DNA of 58,013 nucleotides from a virus (Duplodnaviria; Heunggongvirae; Uroviricota; Caudoviricetes): IMG/VR virus record IMGVR_UViG_3300045988_029198, positions 1 to 58,013 of that record; one strand, 5' to 3'. Shown piece by piece: positions 1 to 8,904 of this stretch (position 1 is its first letter; each line of letters starts with the position of its first letter). The notes under the pieces were generated by a model. It saw only the letters and a program-made list of their open reading frames with translations, ran no database searches and was not told where the DNA came from. The position numbers and the translations under genes were made by a program.

Positions 1-111
1 ACACCAGCGGCAGCACCTGTAGCAGCGCCTACACCAGCGGCAGCACCTGTAGCAGCGCCTACACCAGCGGCAGCACCTGTAGCAGCGCCTACACCAGCGG
101 CAGCACCTGTA
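1..111. repeat. 30-bp tandem repeat, 3.7 copies, in-frame inside a CDS; encodes (TPAAAPVAAP)n
   Basis: Unit acaccagcggcagcacctgtagcagcgcct at 1-30, 31-60, 61-90, partial 91-111; the same unit recurs at 57935-58013. Confidence 0.9.
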
Positions 112-252
112 AAAGTAATGACTGAAAAAGCAGGTGGTGCTACTTATGAACAGTTTATCGCGCAAGGTTGGAACGATGAACAACTGATCGCTAACGGTTA
201 TATGGTAATGACTACCCCGGCCCCGAATTTTCTCAACGGTAACGGTTACTGA
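1..252 (+). CDS. C-terminal segment of wrap-around gene (continues 57336..58013); putative ssDNA-binding protein (DUF2815 / T7 gp2.5-like), partial
   Basis: Frame 1 is open from position 1 to TGA at 250-252; window end 58013 is a codon boundary of the ORF starting 57336, so the two parts join in-frame if the genome is circular. Confidence 0.5.
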   Translation, partial: TPAAAPVAAPTPAAAPVAAPTPAAAPVAAPTPAAAPVKVMTEKAGGATYEQFIAQGWNDEQLIANGYMVMTTPAPNFLNGNGY

Positions 253-332
253 TAGTTACTGGAACTGGGACAACATACCGCTTTAAACAGACATGGGGTC
301 ATAGTGCCCCATTTACTTATCAGGGTTTTATT

Positions 333-2189
333 ATGTCAGATGCTTACGTTCACGATATTGAAAACTATCCTAATGTTTTCCTGTTCGGTGCTATTCACGC
401 GTTAACTGAAACGCTTTATATTTTTGAGATTTCACATCGTCGCGATGATCGTCAGGCTTTTTACCTGTTCACAGAATATTTGCGTGAACATCGTGATGAA
501 GAAATTGGTTATAACAATCTGGGTTACGACTATCCTGTTCAGCATTCTATTTTGAACAACATCATACATATCACCAACGCAGACATTTATAAAAAAGGTG
601 ATTCAATAATTAACGCTGGTGATGAAAATCGTTTTGCTCATACGGTGTGGGAAAAAGACTGGATAGTCCCCCAGCTTGATTTGTATAAAATTCATCATTT
701 CGACAATCAGGCAAAACGAACAAGTCTGAAAACACTTGAATTCAATATGAGAATGGAAAACATTGAAGACCTCCCGTTTACACCGGGGACTTATTTAACC
801 GATTCTCAAATTGATACGCTTCGTCAATATCTGATACACGATTTGAAAGCAACTTTGATGCTTTATAAACACAGTAAAAAGCTGATAGATTTTCGTCGTG
901 AACTTTCTGCTAAATACGGTCGTAATTTCATGAACCATAATGACACGAAAATCGGTAAAGACTATTTCATTATGGAACTTGAAAAATCAGGTATTCAATG
1001 TTTCGAACCGGGTAGCGGAAAACCACGACAGACGCACAGACCATCAATCGCATTGAACAGTGTGATTTTCCCTTATGTCCGTTTTGAACAGCCTGAATTT
1101 AATCGTGTTCTTAACTGGTTACGTCAGCAGGTCATCACTGAAACAAAAGGTGTATTTACAGATTTAAGCGCAGACATTAACGGGTTCTCGTTTGATTTTG
1201 GTACGGGTGGTATCCACGGGTCTATTGAGTCTCAAACTATCAGGTCCACTGAAAATTATGTGATCATCGATCTGGACGTTGCCAGTTTTTACCCGAACCT
1301 TGCGATCAGTAATGAACTTTATCCGGCACATCTGGGAAAACAATTTTGCACCATTTATAAAAATGTTTACGACATGCGTTCCAGTTACCCGAAAGGTACA
1401 CCAGAAAATGCAATGTTAAAACTGGCGTTAAACGGTGTGTATGGTGACAGTAATAACGTATACAGTCCATTCTACGATCCTGCTTATACAATGGCTATTA
1501 CGATTAATGGACAGTTACTTTTGTGCATGTTGGCTGAAGAACTTCTGAAAATCCCTGGTTTGTCCATGATCCAGGCTAACACAGATGGTCTTACGGTTTA
1601 CGTACCACGAGTGTTTACCGGACAAGTAGAACAGGTTCGTCACGCGTGGGAAAAATTAACCAGACTCCAGCTTGAAGAAGCGATTTATGACGTGATGTTT
1701 ATTCGCGATGTAAATAATTACATCGCTGTTTATGAAGGCGGTAAGAAAGTTAAACGTAAAGGCGCTTATTGTCACAGTGTTGATCTGGGTTGGCATCAAA
1801 ACCACAGTATGCAGGTTGTTGCAAAAGCGGCTGAAGCAGCACTGGTACACAATAAAGACATTCATGATTTTATAACATCACACGAAGACATTCACGATTT
1901 CATGTTAGTGACGAAAGTACCGCGTAACAGCAAGTTATTATGGGGTGATAAACAGGTTCAGAACATTACCCGTTATTACGTCAGTACAGATGGTGCACCT
2001 TTGACAAAAGTCATGCCACCGCTGGCAAAATCACTGAAACTGAACCCTGATGCGCCTGAACGCCGCATGTCCGTGTGCAAAGGTTGGTTGACCACTGAGT
2101 GCAACGACATGAAACGTTTTAACCGGGCAACGCTAAATTATGATTTTTACATCAAAGAAGCTGAAAAACTCGTTGCACCACTTCGGTAA
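333..2189 (+). CDS. DNA polymerase, family B (compact, with 3'-5' exonuclease motifs)
   Basis: ORF track 618 aa; Exo I DIE, Exo II GYDY, Exo III YLIHD; PolB motif A DLDVASFYPNL, motif B KLALNGVYG, motif C region NTDG. Confidence 0.75.
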   Translation: MSDAYVHDIENYPNVFLFGAIHALTETLYIFEISHRRDDRQAFYLFTEYLREHRDEEIGYNNLGYDYPVQHSILNNIIHITNADIYKKGDSIINAGDENRFAHTVWEKDWIVPQLDLYKIHHFDNQAKRTSLKTLEFNMRMENIEDLPFTPGTYLTDSQIDTLRQYLIHDLKATLMLYKHSKKLIDFRRELSAKYGRNFMNHNDTKIGKDYFIMELEKSGIQCFEPGSGKPRQTHRPSIALNSVIFPYVRFEQPEFNRVLNWLRQQVITETKGVFTDLSADINGFSFDFGTGGIHGSIESQTIRSTENYVIIDLDVASFYPNLAISNELYPAHLGKQFCTIYKNVYDMRSSYPKGTPENAMLKLALNGVYGDSNNVYSPFYDPAYTMAITINGQLLLCMLAEELLKIPGLSMIQANTDGLTVYVPRVFTGQVEQVRHAWEKLTRLQLEEAIYDVMFIRDVNNYIAVYEGGKKVKRKGAYCHSVDLGWHQNHSMQVVAKAAEAALVHNKDIHDFITSHEDIHDFMLVTKVPRNSKLLWGDKQVQNITRYYVSTDGAPLTKVMPPLAKSLKLNPDAPERRMSVCKGWLTTECNDMKRFNRATLNYDFYIKEAEKLVAPLR

Positions 2190-2228
2190 ACCGTATGGAA
2201 TTATTTAAAACTTATTGAGGCGATAACA

Positions 2229-2765
2229 ATGCATACTTCACACAAATTTGTAACTGGTTCACCGATTGGTGTCTTTACTCCCGGTAAAATTTATAACCGT
2301 GTTGACGGGTTCACCCGTGACGGTCGTTCCCGTGGTTTTTATATTGATGACCGTGGTGAATTCCGTTTAACAGATGATGATATGTTCGAACCTGCAGAAC
2401 AGATCCAACTGCGTTTACCACAGATGCCAATGTTTCCGGCCCGTCAGGAACGTCTTAAACTGGCTGCACGCTGGGGAACGTCTGAAATCAGTATCAGTAA
2501 CTGGTACAAAGTTGATGACCTGATGAAACCGTGGCGCATCAGTGACGCTATCTGTGGTACTCGTGTTCTTACAGAACCTAATACAACGACGTTTAAACCC
2601 GGTGAACTGGCTGAACTGGCTAATTCCCGTGGTTATCTGCTGTCAGAATTATCCGTTCGTTGGGGGTGGCATTATGGATGTGAAACTTTACACACTATCA
2701 GCATGGATCCGCGTCGTGTTGCGCTTATCTGGGATATGTTAGAAGGAATGAATCGTCATGAATGA
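2229..2765 (+). CDS. hypothetical protein
   Basis: ORF track 178 aa; ATG preceded by GAGG; same strand and operon as polymerase. Confidence 0.5.
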   Translation: MHTSHKFVTGSPIGVFTPGKIYNRVDGFTRDGRSRGFYIDDRGEFRLTDDDMFEPAEQIQLRLPQMPMFPARQERLKLAARWGTSEISISNWYKVDDLMKPWRISDAICGTRVLTEPNTTTFKPGELAELANSRGYLLSELSVRWGWHYGCETLHTISMDPRRVALIWDMLEGMNRHE

Positions 2766-3105
2766 TTACAGTAAGATGGATGATAGAGATATTGATCGCC
2801 TTGTTTTGAAAGTTATTTACGGTGTTCATGCTGACTATAAAGATATCCAAGGTTGTTGGTCACGGGGCGGTTTCAAATATACCACTAATCCGACTGACGC
2901 AATGCCGATTATTATTGAAAATAAAATTAGTATTGTTTCAACAGATTCATCGTGGATCGCTTTACCTGACAATGCTGCTATTGATGGAATTACTGGTGAT
3001 GCGACAGAAATGATTTATACGGATGACTCATGTGTTATTCACGCTAACCCACTCCGTGCCGCAATGATTGTGTTCTTACAGATGCAGGAAAACAACCATG
3101 ATTAA
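2758..3105 (+). CDS. hypothetical protein
   Basis: ORF track 115 aa; start overlaps upstream stop (ATGA coupling). Confidence 0.45.
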   Translation: MNDYSKMDDRDIDRLVLKVIYGVHADYKDIQGCWSRGGFKYTTNPTDAMPIIIENKISIVSTDSSWIALPDNAAIDGITGDATEMIYTDDSCVIHANPLRAAMIVFLQMQENNHD

Positions 3106-3448
3106 ACTCTGTTACATTGCCGGGCCTTATCGTGCTGATTGTGCGCTTAAAACATCCCGTAACGTGTCGCGCGCTGAACAGGCAGGTAAACGACTTGCTT
3201 TACAACGTCCGGGGTGGTTCCCGGTTATCCCTCACAAGAACACCGAATTGTGGGACTTTGACGGCGGTTTACGCAATATACAACCCGAATACTACTTGTC
3301 AGGCACATTAGAAGTTATGCGCCGTTGTGATGCCGTTCTGGTACTTCCTGATTATCGTCGTTCGTCCGGGACTATTGCGGAAATTGCAGAAGCTGAACGT
3401 CTGGGTATTCCTGTGTATTACAGTGTGGAGAGTATCCCACATGGTTGA
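3098..3448 (+). CDS. nucleoside 2-deoxyribosyltransferase-like protein (DUF4406-like, SLOG superfamily)
   Basis: Internal ATG at codon 11 of track ORF 3068..3448 with AGGAA upstream; YIAGPYR N-terminus and SGTIAEIAEAERLGIPV glutamate motif resemble NDT-like fold. Confidence 0.5.
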   Translation: MIKLCYIAGPYRADCALKTSRNVSRAEQAGKRLALQRPGWFPVIPHKNTELWDFDGGLRNIQPEYYLSGTLEVMRRCDAVLVLPDYRRSSGTIAEIAEAERLGIPVYYSVESIPHG

Positions 3449-4220
3449 TGTTAAGTTATTTAATCAAGATTGTTTGTTCATGATGAACTTCATTACTGAA
3501 AAATCTATTGATTTAATTCTTACAGATCCTCCGTATGGTACAACTGCTTGCAAATGGGATTCGATAATAGATTTAGATTTAATGTGGTCAAATTTAAATC
3601 GAATCATTACGGATAAAGGAGCGATCGTTCTTACGGCAACACAACCATTTGCAAGTATTTTAGTAAATTCAAACATCAAAATGTTTAAATACGATTGGGT
3701 GTGGAATAAATCAAAACGAACTGATTTTGTAAGAGCAAAACTAAAACCAATGGGTGGTCACGAAAGCGTTTTGGTTTTCAGTAAAGGTTCTGTTGCGAAT
3801 GGTGCATCTTCAATGATGAACTATTACCCACAAGGTTTGAAACGTATTAATAAAGTAGCTAAAAACGGCGGCGGTGGTTCTGGTTTTTTGGGTCGTAATG
3901 GTGAAAATTTAGGACCAAATAACAAGCTACACAAACCTACGTATATTCAAGAATTTACAGGATACCCATGCACTCAATTGAATATTCAGAGTGAGAATAA
4001 AACAGTTCATCCCACGCAAAAACCTGTAGAGTTAATGGAATATCTTATTTTAACTTACACAAAAGAAGGTGATACGGTTTTAGATTTCACAATGGGTAGT
4101 GGAACAACAGGTGTTGCTGCCGTGAAAACTAATCGTAATTTTATCGGTATAGAGTTAGATAAAGAATATTTCGAAATTGCTAATAAACGTATTAATTTGG
4201 CATTGATGGGTATTTACTAA
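3441..4220 (+). CDS. DNA methyltransferase, N6-adenine/N4-cytosine type (beta-class)
   Basis: ATG at codon 39 of track ORF 3327..4220; catalytic DPPY near N-terminus, SAM-binding VLDFTMGSGTTG near C-terminus; gene is AT-rich relative to neighbours. Confidence 0.8.
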   Translation: MVDVKLFNQDCLFMMNFITEKSIDLILTDPPYGTTACKWDSIIDLDLMWSNLNRIITDKGAIVLTATQPFASILVNSNIKMFKYDWVWNKSKRTDFVRAKLKPMGGHESVLVFSKGSVANGASSMMNYYPQGLKRINKVAKNGGGGSGFLGRNGENLGPNNKLHKPTYIQEFTGYPCTQLNIQSENKTVHPTQKPVELMEYLILTYTKEGDTVLDFTMGSGTTGVAAVKTNRNFIGIELDKEYFEIANKRINLALMGIY

Positions 4221-4235
4221 CAAAGAGGATTGCTT

Positions 4236-4469
4236 ATGTCCACAATCGTTGAATTCAACCCTATGGATCCTGCTAAACGCCCGACAGGACGCTTTGCAAG
4301 ATTGCCACAAACACGCGAACAGTTTTTTCCATTGTTGAACATGCGAGGGATTAAAACAGACCCACACGGGTTGATAGGAACATCCTTGTTTATGTACCGG
4401 ACTGAATATCCGGTTCCTGCATCGTGGATTGAAGTATCGGTTGAAGATTTACTTAAGACTGTCTACTAA
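4236..4469 (+). CDS. hypothetical protein
   Basis: ATG at codon 3 of track ORF with AGAGGA 6 nt upstream. Confidence 0.4.
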   Translation: MSTIVEFNPMDPAKRPTGRFARLPQTREQFFPLLNMRGIKTDPHGLIGTSLFMYRTEYPVPASWIEVSVEDLLKTVY

Positions 4470-4697
4470 CGCATTATGCATAGTTGCACATTTGAAATAA
4501 ATATCTAACCACTGGTCATTAACATCTGTTGAATCATTTCCTGTCAGACCGTTCAGCCGTGGAAGGTTTTCGGTCTGACACTTCTGAACTAATGCGGCCT
4601 GATAAACGGGCTTCTGCTTCGGTAACTCGTTCGTTGTACAGGCGTTGATATTCAGAAGTAAAACACTCATTACGAAAAACAGTATTAGTCTTTTCAT
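4449..4697 (-). CDS. o-spanin (Rz1-like outer-membrane lipoprotein) overlapping the i-spanin gene
   Basis: 82 aa; signal peptide and lipobox (LNINAC); starts inside 4534..4932 in another frame and extends past its stop. Confidence 0.5.
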   Translation of the reverse strand: MKRLILFFVMSVLLLNINACTTNELPKQKPVYQAALVQKCQTENLPRLNGLTGNDSTDVNDQWLDIYFKCATMHNALVDSLK

Positions 4698-4932
4698 GTC
4701 GTATTTCCACGATTTTAGTATTCTGTGACCAGCCAGCTAAACCACGAAGTACATCATCCGCCAGTTCCTGTTGTGCCTTTAACCGTTGTTGTTCCCGTTG
4801 TGCATCGTCTAAACGTTCCTGACGTTCTTCATTTACCCGTACTTTATATCCCGCGTGGTAACACGTATACGCACCTACGCTTAACACAAGAACGGTCGCA
4901 ACAACGGTGATTAACACACTACGGGTTGTCAT
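4534..4932 (-). CDS. i-spanin (Rz-like)
   Basis: 132 aa; N-terminal TM segment, charged coiled-coil-like periplasmic part; position in lysis cassette. Confidence 0.55.
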   Translation of the reverse strand: MTTRSVLITVVATVLVLSVGAYTCYHAGYKVRVNEERQERLDDAQREQQRLKAQQELADDVLRGLAGWSQNTKIVEIRHEKTNTVFRNECFTSEYQRLYNERVTEAEARLSGRISSEVSDRKPSTAERSDRK

Positions 4933-5149
4933 TTGGCGTACCTCGTTGTTTATCTACAGCGATTTTTTTAGCACCAACATACTGACCTATACAGAAACCG
5001 AAATAGGTTAACAACACTGTATCATCAAGTGTGCGGTCCACGGCCTGGTAAATCAGAATGCCTGTTACCACGAGGAAGCCTAAAGCCGCTTGTGCGCGGC
5101 TTAAAGAGATCCCCCCGGTTGTGTTACGTAATATACTGAATTTATCCAT
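4919..5149 (-). CDS. small membrane protein, holin/antiholin candidate
   Basis: ATG at codon 19 of track ORF 4919..5203; hydrophobic segments; lies between endolysin and spanins. Confidence 0.4.
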   Translation of the reverse strand: MDKFSILRNTTGGISLSRAQAALGFLVVTGILIYQAVDRTLDDTVLLTYFGFCIGQYVGAKKIAVDKQRGTPNDNP

Positions 5150-5159
5150 GATTGTTATC

Positions 5160-5549
5160 TCACGCGGGATATTTCGCATGTGGTAACTGGAAGTGTGGAC
5201 CATCTTTCAGTGTTTTCCAGTCACCACCCCATTCAACAGGGATATTCAGTTCTTTTGCAGCCTGTTTAAATGCAGTGGCAATTTGTTCGTAATACTTCCA
5301 CTCCCACGACCCGGCAGATGTAGGATAAGCAAATACATCCACGGCGTGACCCGAAATATGGCGACTGTTCATCGTCTGACTTTTACCTGCAGCAACCAGT
5401 TGTCGTTGTCGTTCAACAGTTCGTAAACCTTCTGTGATACCGAAATCAACGGGTGATAACTGAAGTGCCCGACGCACGATTTTCACAAGATCTGAATTAA
5501 CCCCTTTCAGATTATTTTCACTTCTCTGACTGAATTTAAAGTTACTCAT
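5160..5549 (-). CDS. endolysin, L-alanyl-D-glutamate peptidase (peptidase M15, T5 Lys-like)
   Basis: 129 aa; SGHAVDV zinc-ligand motif and overall similarity to T5-type endolysin; GGGAG RBS. Confidence 0.75.
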   Translation of the reverse strand: MSNFKFSQRSENNLKGVNSDLVKIVRRALQLSPVDFGITEGLRTVERQRQLVAAGKSQTMNSRHISGHAVDVFAYPTSAGSWEWKYYEQIATAFKQAAKELNIPVEWGGDWKTLKDGPHFQLPHAKYPA

Positions 5550-5869
5550 TGCTTACTCCCGGTTTTACGTTGTTCCGCTTTCAAACCTTCAATAACAACT
5601 TTCAGGTCATTTGTTGACTGTGTTAGCTCTTTAACACTGGTGAGGATTTCAGCGTTCTGTGTTGCCTGATATTCAATTTTGATATCATGGACATCTACAC
5701 GGGATTCCACTCGTTTTGCCAGATTGAGCGCCTCGTGCGCATAGGTTTTTGCATCTGCAATATCTTTTTCATTAGAATTGATTTGGTTTTGAGTTACCCC
5801 GTAACCTACCAACCCCGTGGCAACAAATGCTATTATAGGCCAATACCTCAACACTGGGTTATCAGACAT
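5546..5869 (-). CDS. holin-like membrane protein
   Basis: 107 aa with one N-terminal TM helix; first gene of lysis cassette; AGGAG RBS. Confidence 0.4.
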   Translation of the reverse strand: MSDNPVLRYWPIIAFVATGLVGYGVTQNQINSNEKDIADAKTYAHEALNLAKRVESRVDVHDIKIEYQATQNAEILTSVKELTQSTNDLKVVIEGLKAEQRKTGSKQ

Positions 5870-5895
5870 TGTTCTACACTCCTGGAGACTTAAAG

Positions 5896-8868
5896 ATGGC
5901 TAACTGTAACGATTATATCAGTGCTGATGATTTGAAAACAGGCAAACAAGCGATTTTACATATTGAACACGTTGCGAAAAGTCGTGATGCTAACGGTAAT
6001 CATGCGTTGGATGTTACCGATACGATCCGTGATCAATCAGTTACCAACAAGACGCTTGATGGTTTAGAAAACCTGTACAATCAGGCTATATCTCAGGTTG
6101 GCTATATCACAATGGATAGCTTCGAAGATGGCGCGACATTAACATTGCCTAACCAGGTGTTGCGATATAAGTCGACAGGAGAATATTACCGATGGGACGG
6201 TGAATTTCCTAAAACCGTTTCTTCTGGTTCAACACCTGAAACTGCTGGTGGCGTTGGTCTTGGCGCGTGGGTTAGTGTTGGTGACGCTTCATTAAGAAGC
6301 CAGCTTTCTGACCCTGATGGCGCAACAAAATATCCAGATTTGCAGATCGCAAGATGGAGAGACACATTCGACCCGCGCGGGTGGAATGCAAAAGGTGATG
6401 GGGTCACCGATGACACCTCAGCGCTTAATGGCGTATTAAACGCCGCACCAGTTGGTCAGAAAATTAATGGCAATGGGAAGACATATAAGGTCACATCCCT
6501 GCCTGACATTAGTAGATTCGTCAATACTCGTTTTGTATATGAACGTATTCCTGGTCAGCCTCTTTTTTATGCTTCTGAAGATTTTATCCAGGGAGAGTTA
6601 TTTAAAATTACAGATACACCGTGGTACAACGCCTGGACGCAGGATAAAACGTTTGTATATGACAATGTCATCTATGCGCCTTTTATGGCTGGAGACCGCC
6701 ATGGTGTAAATAACCTCCATGTTGCATGGGTTCGCTCAGGAGATGACGGGAAGACCTGGACAACGCCGGAATGGCTTACAGATTTACATGAAAACTATCC
6801 CACAGTTAACTATCACTGCATGAGTATGGGGGTTGTCAGAAATCGCCTTTTTGCTGTAATTGAGACGCGGACCGTGCGCGGAAATAAACTGCAGGTTGCA
6901 GAGTTGTGGGATCGCCCAATGAGTCGCAGCCTTCGCGTTTATGGTGGTATAACGAAAGCAGCAAATCAGCAAGTCGCTTATATTCGCATTACTGATCACG
7001 GATTATTTGCTGGTGATTTTGTCAACTTCTCAAACTCTGGTGTTACAGGTGTTACCGGGAATATGACGGTGACTACTGTTATTGATAAAAATACTTTTAC
7101 AGTTACGACGCAAAATACCCAGGATGTGGATCAGAATAACGAGGGTAGATACTGGAGTTTTGGTACATCATTTCACTCGTCACCATGGAGAAAAACCAGT
7201 CTTGGAACTATTCCTTCTTTTGTTGACGGAAGCACTCCTGTTACTGAGATTCACAGTTTTGCGACGATTAGCGATAACAGTTTTGCTGTTGGCTACCATA
7301 ATGGTGATATTGGTCCACGCGAGCTTGGGATACTCTATTTCTCTGATGCTTTCGGTTCTCCTGGTAGCTTTGTTCGCAGACGCATACCTGCAGAATATGA
7401 GGCGAATGCATCTGAGCCATGTGTAAAATATTATGATGGCATTCTGTATCTGACGACCAGGGGGACATTAAGTACTCAACCCGGTAGTTCATTGCACAGA
7501 AGCTCTGATTTAGGTACATCATGGAATTCTCTTCGCTTCCCAAATAATGTTCATCACTCAAACCTTCCTTTTGCCAAAGTTGGCGATGAGCTGATTATTT
7601 TTGGCAGTGAGCGCGCATTTGGTGAGTGGGAAGGAGGAGAACCTGATAACCGTTATGCAGGAAATTATCCAAGAACATTTATGACCAGAGTTAACGTCAA
7701 TGAGTGGAGTCTGGATAATGTAGAGTGGGTTAATGTTACTGATCAGATTTATCAGGGCGGAATAGTTAACTCTGCGGTTGGTGTTGGTTCAGTTTGTATC
7801 AAAGACAACTGGCTGTACTACATTTTCGGTGGGGAAGACTTTCTAAACCCATGGAGCATAGGGGATAACAACAGAAAATATCCTTATGTTCACGATGGTC
7901 ACCCGGCTGATTTGTATTGTTTCAGGGTGAAAATTAAACAGGAAGAATTTGTTTCAAGGGATTTTGTCTACGGAGCCACTCCTAACAGAACGCTTCCTAC
8001 TTTTATGTCGACGTCCGGCGTGAGGACGGTTCCTGTACCCGTTGATTTCACAGATGATGTTTCCGTCCAGTCACTGACTGTCCATGCAGGTACATCAGGA
8101 CAAGTTCGCGCGGAAGTCAAACTGGAGGGCAATTACGCCATTATTGCGAAGAAAGTACCGTCTGATGATGTTACCGCTCAGAGATTAATCGTTAGCGGCG
8201 GTGAAACAACGTCTTCAGCAAATGGCGCAATGATAACGTTGCATGGTTCCGGAAGCAGTACTCCACGTCGCGCGGTATATAACGCACTCGAACATCTTTT
8301 TGAGAACGGAGATGTTAAACCTTATCTTGATAATGTAAATGCTCTTGGTGGGCCTCGCAACCGTTTCACCACTGCATACCTCGGAAGCAGCCCTATTGTT
8401 ACTTCTAACGGAGAGAAGAAAACGGAGCCGGTAGTTTTTGATGATGCTTTCCTGGATGCCTGGGGTGACGTTCACTACATCATGTACCAGTGGTTAGATG
8501 CTATTCAACTGAAAGGCAATGATGCTCGTATTCACTTCGGGGTTATTGCTCAGCAAATTCGTGATGTATTCATTGCACATGGTCTGATGGACGAAAACAG
8601 TACGTATTGTCGTTATGCCGTTCTGTGCTATGACAAGTATCCACGGGTGACCGATATGGTATTTTCGCACAATGAAATCGTTGAACACACTGACGATGAG
8701 GGTAATGTCACTACCACGGAAGAACCTGTATACACCGAGGTGGTTATTCACGAAGAGGGTGAGGAATGGGGTGTTCGGCCTGACGGAATTTTCTTTGCTG
8801 AAGCTGCTTATCAGCGAAGAAAACTGGAAAGAATCGAAGCCAGACTTTCTGCTCTTGAACAGAAGTAA
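5896..8868 (+). CDS. tail fibre/tailspike, endosialidase-like, with C-terminal intramolecular chaperone domain (peptidase S74-type)
   Basis: ATG at codon 10 of track ORF; Asp-box motifs SGDDGKTW and SSDLGTSW; C-terminal GDVHYIMYQWLDAIQLKGNDARIHFGVIAQQIRD chaperone-type region. Confidence 0.8.
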   Translation: MANCNDYISADDLKTGKQAILHIEHVAKSRDANGNHALDVTDTIRDQSVTNKTLDGLENLYNQAISQVGYITMDSFEDGATLTLPNQVLRYKSTGEYYRWDGEFPKTVSSGSTPETAGGVGLGAWVSVGDASLRSQLSDPDGATKYPDLQIARWRDTFDPRGWNAKGDGVTDDTSALNGVLNAAPVGQKINGNGKTYKVTSLPDISRFVNTRFVYERIPGQPLFYASEDFIQGELFKITDTPWYNAWTQDKTFVYDNVIYAPFMAGDRHGVNNLHVAWVRSGDDGKTWTTPEWLTDLHENYPTVNYHCMSMGVVRNRLFAVIETRTVRGNKLQVAELWDRPMSRSLRVYGGITKAANQQVAYIRITDHGLFAGDFVNFSNSGVTGVTGNMTVTTVIDKNTFTVTTQNTQDVDQNNEGRYWSFGTSFHSSPWRKTSLGTIPSFVDGSTPVTEIHSFATISDNSFAVGYHNGDIGPRELGILYFSDAFGSPGSFVRRRIPAEYEANASEPCVKYYDGILYLTTRGTLSTQPGSSLHRSSDLGTSWNSLRFPNNVHHSNLPFAKVGDELIIFGSERAFGEWEGGEPDNRYAGNYPRTFMTRVNVNEWSLDNVEWVNVTDQIYQGGIVNSAVGVGSVCIKDNWLYYIFGGEDFLNPWSIGDNNRKYPYVHDGHPADLYCFRVKIKQEEFVSRDFVYGATPNRTLPTFMSTSGVRTVPVPVDFTDDVSVQSLTVHAGTSGQVRAEVKLEGNYAIIAKKVPSDDVTAQRLIVSGGETTSSANGAMITLHGSGSSTPRRAVYNALEHLFENGDVKPYLDNVNALGGPRNRFTTAYLGSSPIVTSNGEKKTEPVVFDDAFLDAWGDVHYIMYQWLDAIQLKGNDARIHFGVIAQQIRDVFIAHGLMDENSTYCRYAVLCYDKYPRVTDMVFSHNEIVEHTDDEGNVTTTEEPVYTEVVIHEEGEEWGVRPDGIFFAEAAYQRRKLERIEARLSALEQK

Positions 8869-8873
8869 TAAAC

Positions 8874-8900
8874 AAAACCCCGCTTCGGCGGGGTTGTTTT
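8874..8900. terminator. rho-independent terminator between convergent tail-fibre and SSB-like genes
   Basis: GC stem ccccgc/gcgggg with ttcg loop, A-run upstream and T-run downstream. Confidence 0.7.
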
Positions 8901-8904
8901 ATCA

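Noticed and set aside
1-111. Tandem direct repeats (also 44299..44393 and 26101..26154) as possible CRISPR arrays
   Set aside because: Units are contiguous with no spacers, are 21 or 30 bp (multiples of 3) and lie in-frame within ORFs; no cas genes present
3327-3440. N-terminal extension of the methyltransferase ORF given in the track
   Set aside because: Extension overlaps the preceding gene in another frame; internal ATG at 3441 has an RBS and starts just before the conserved catalytic region
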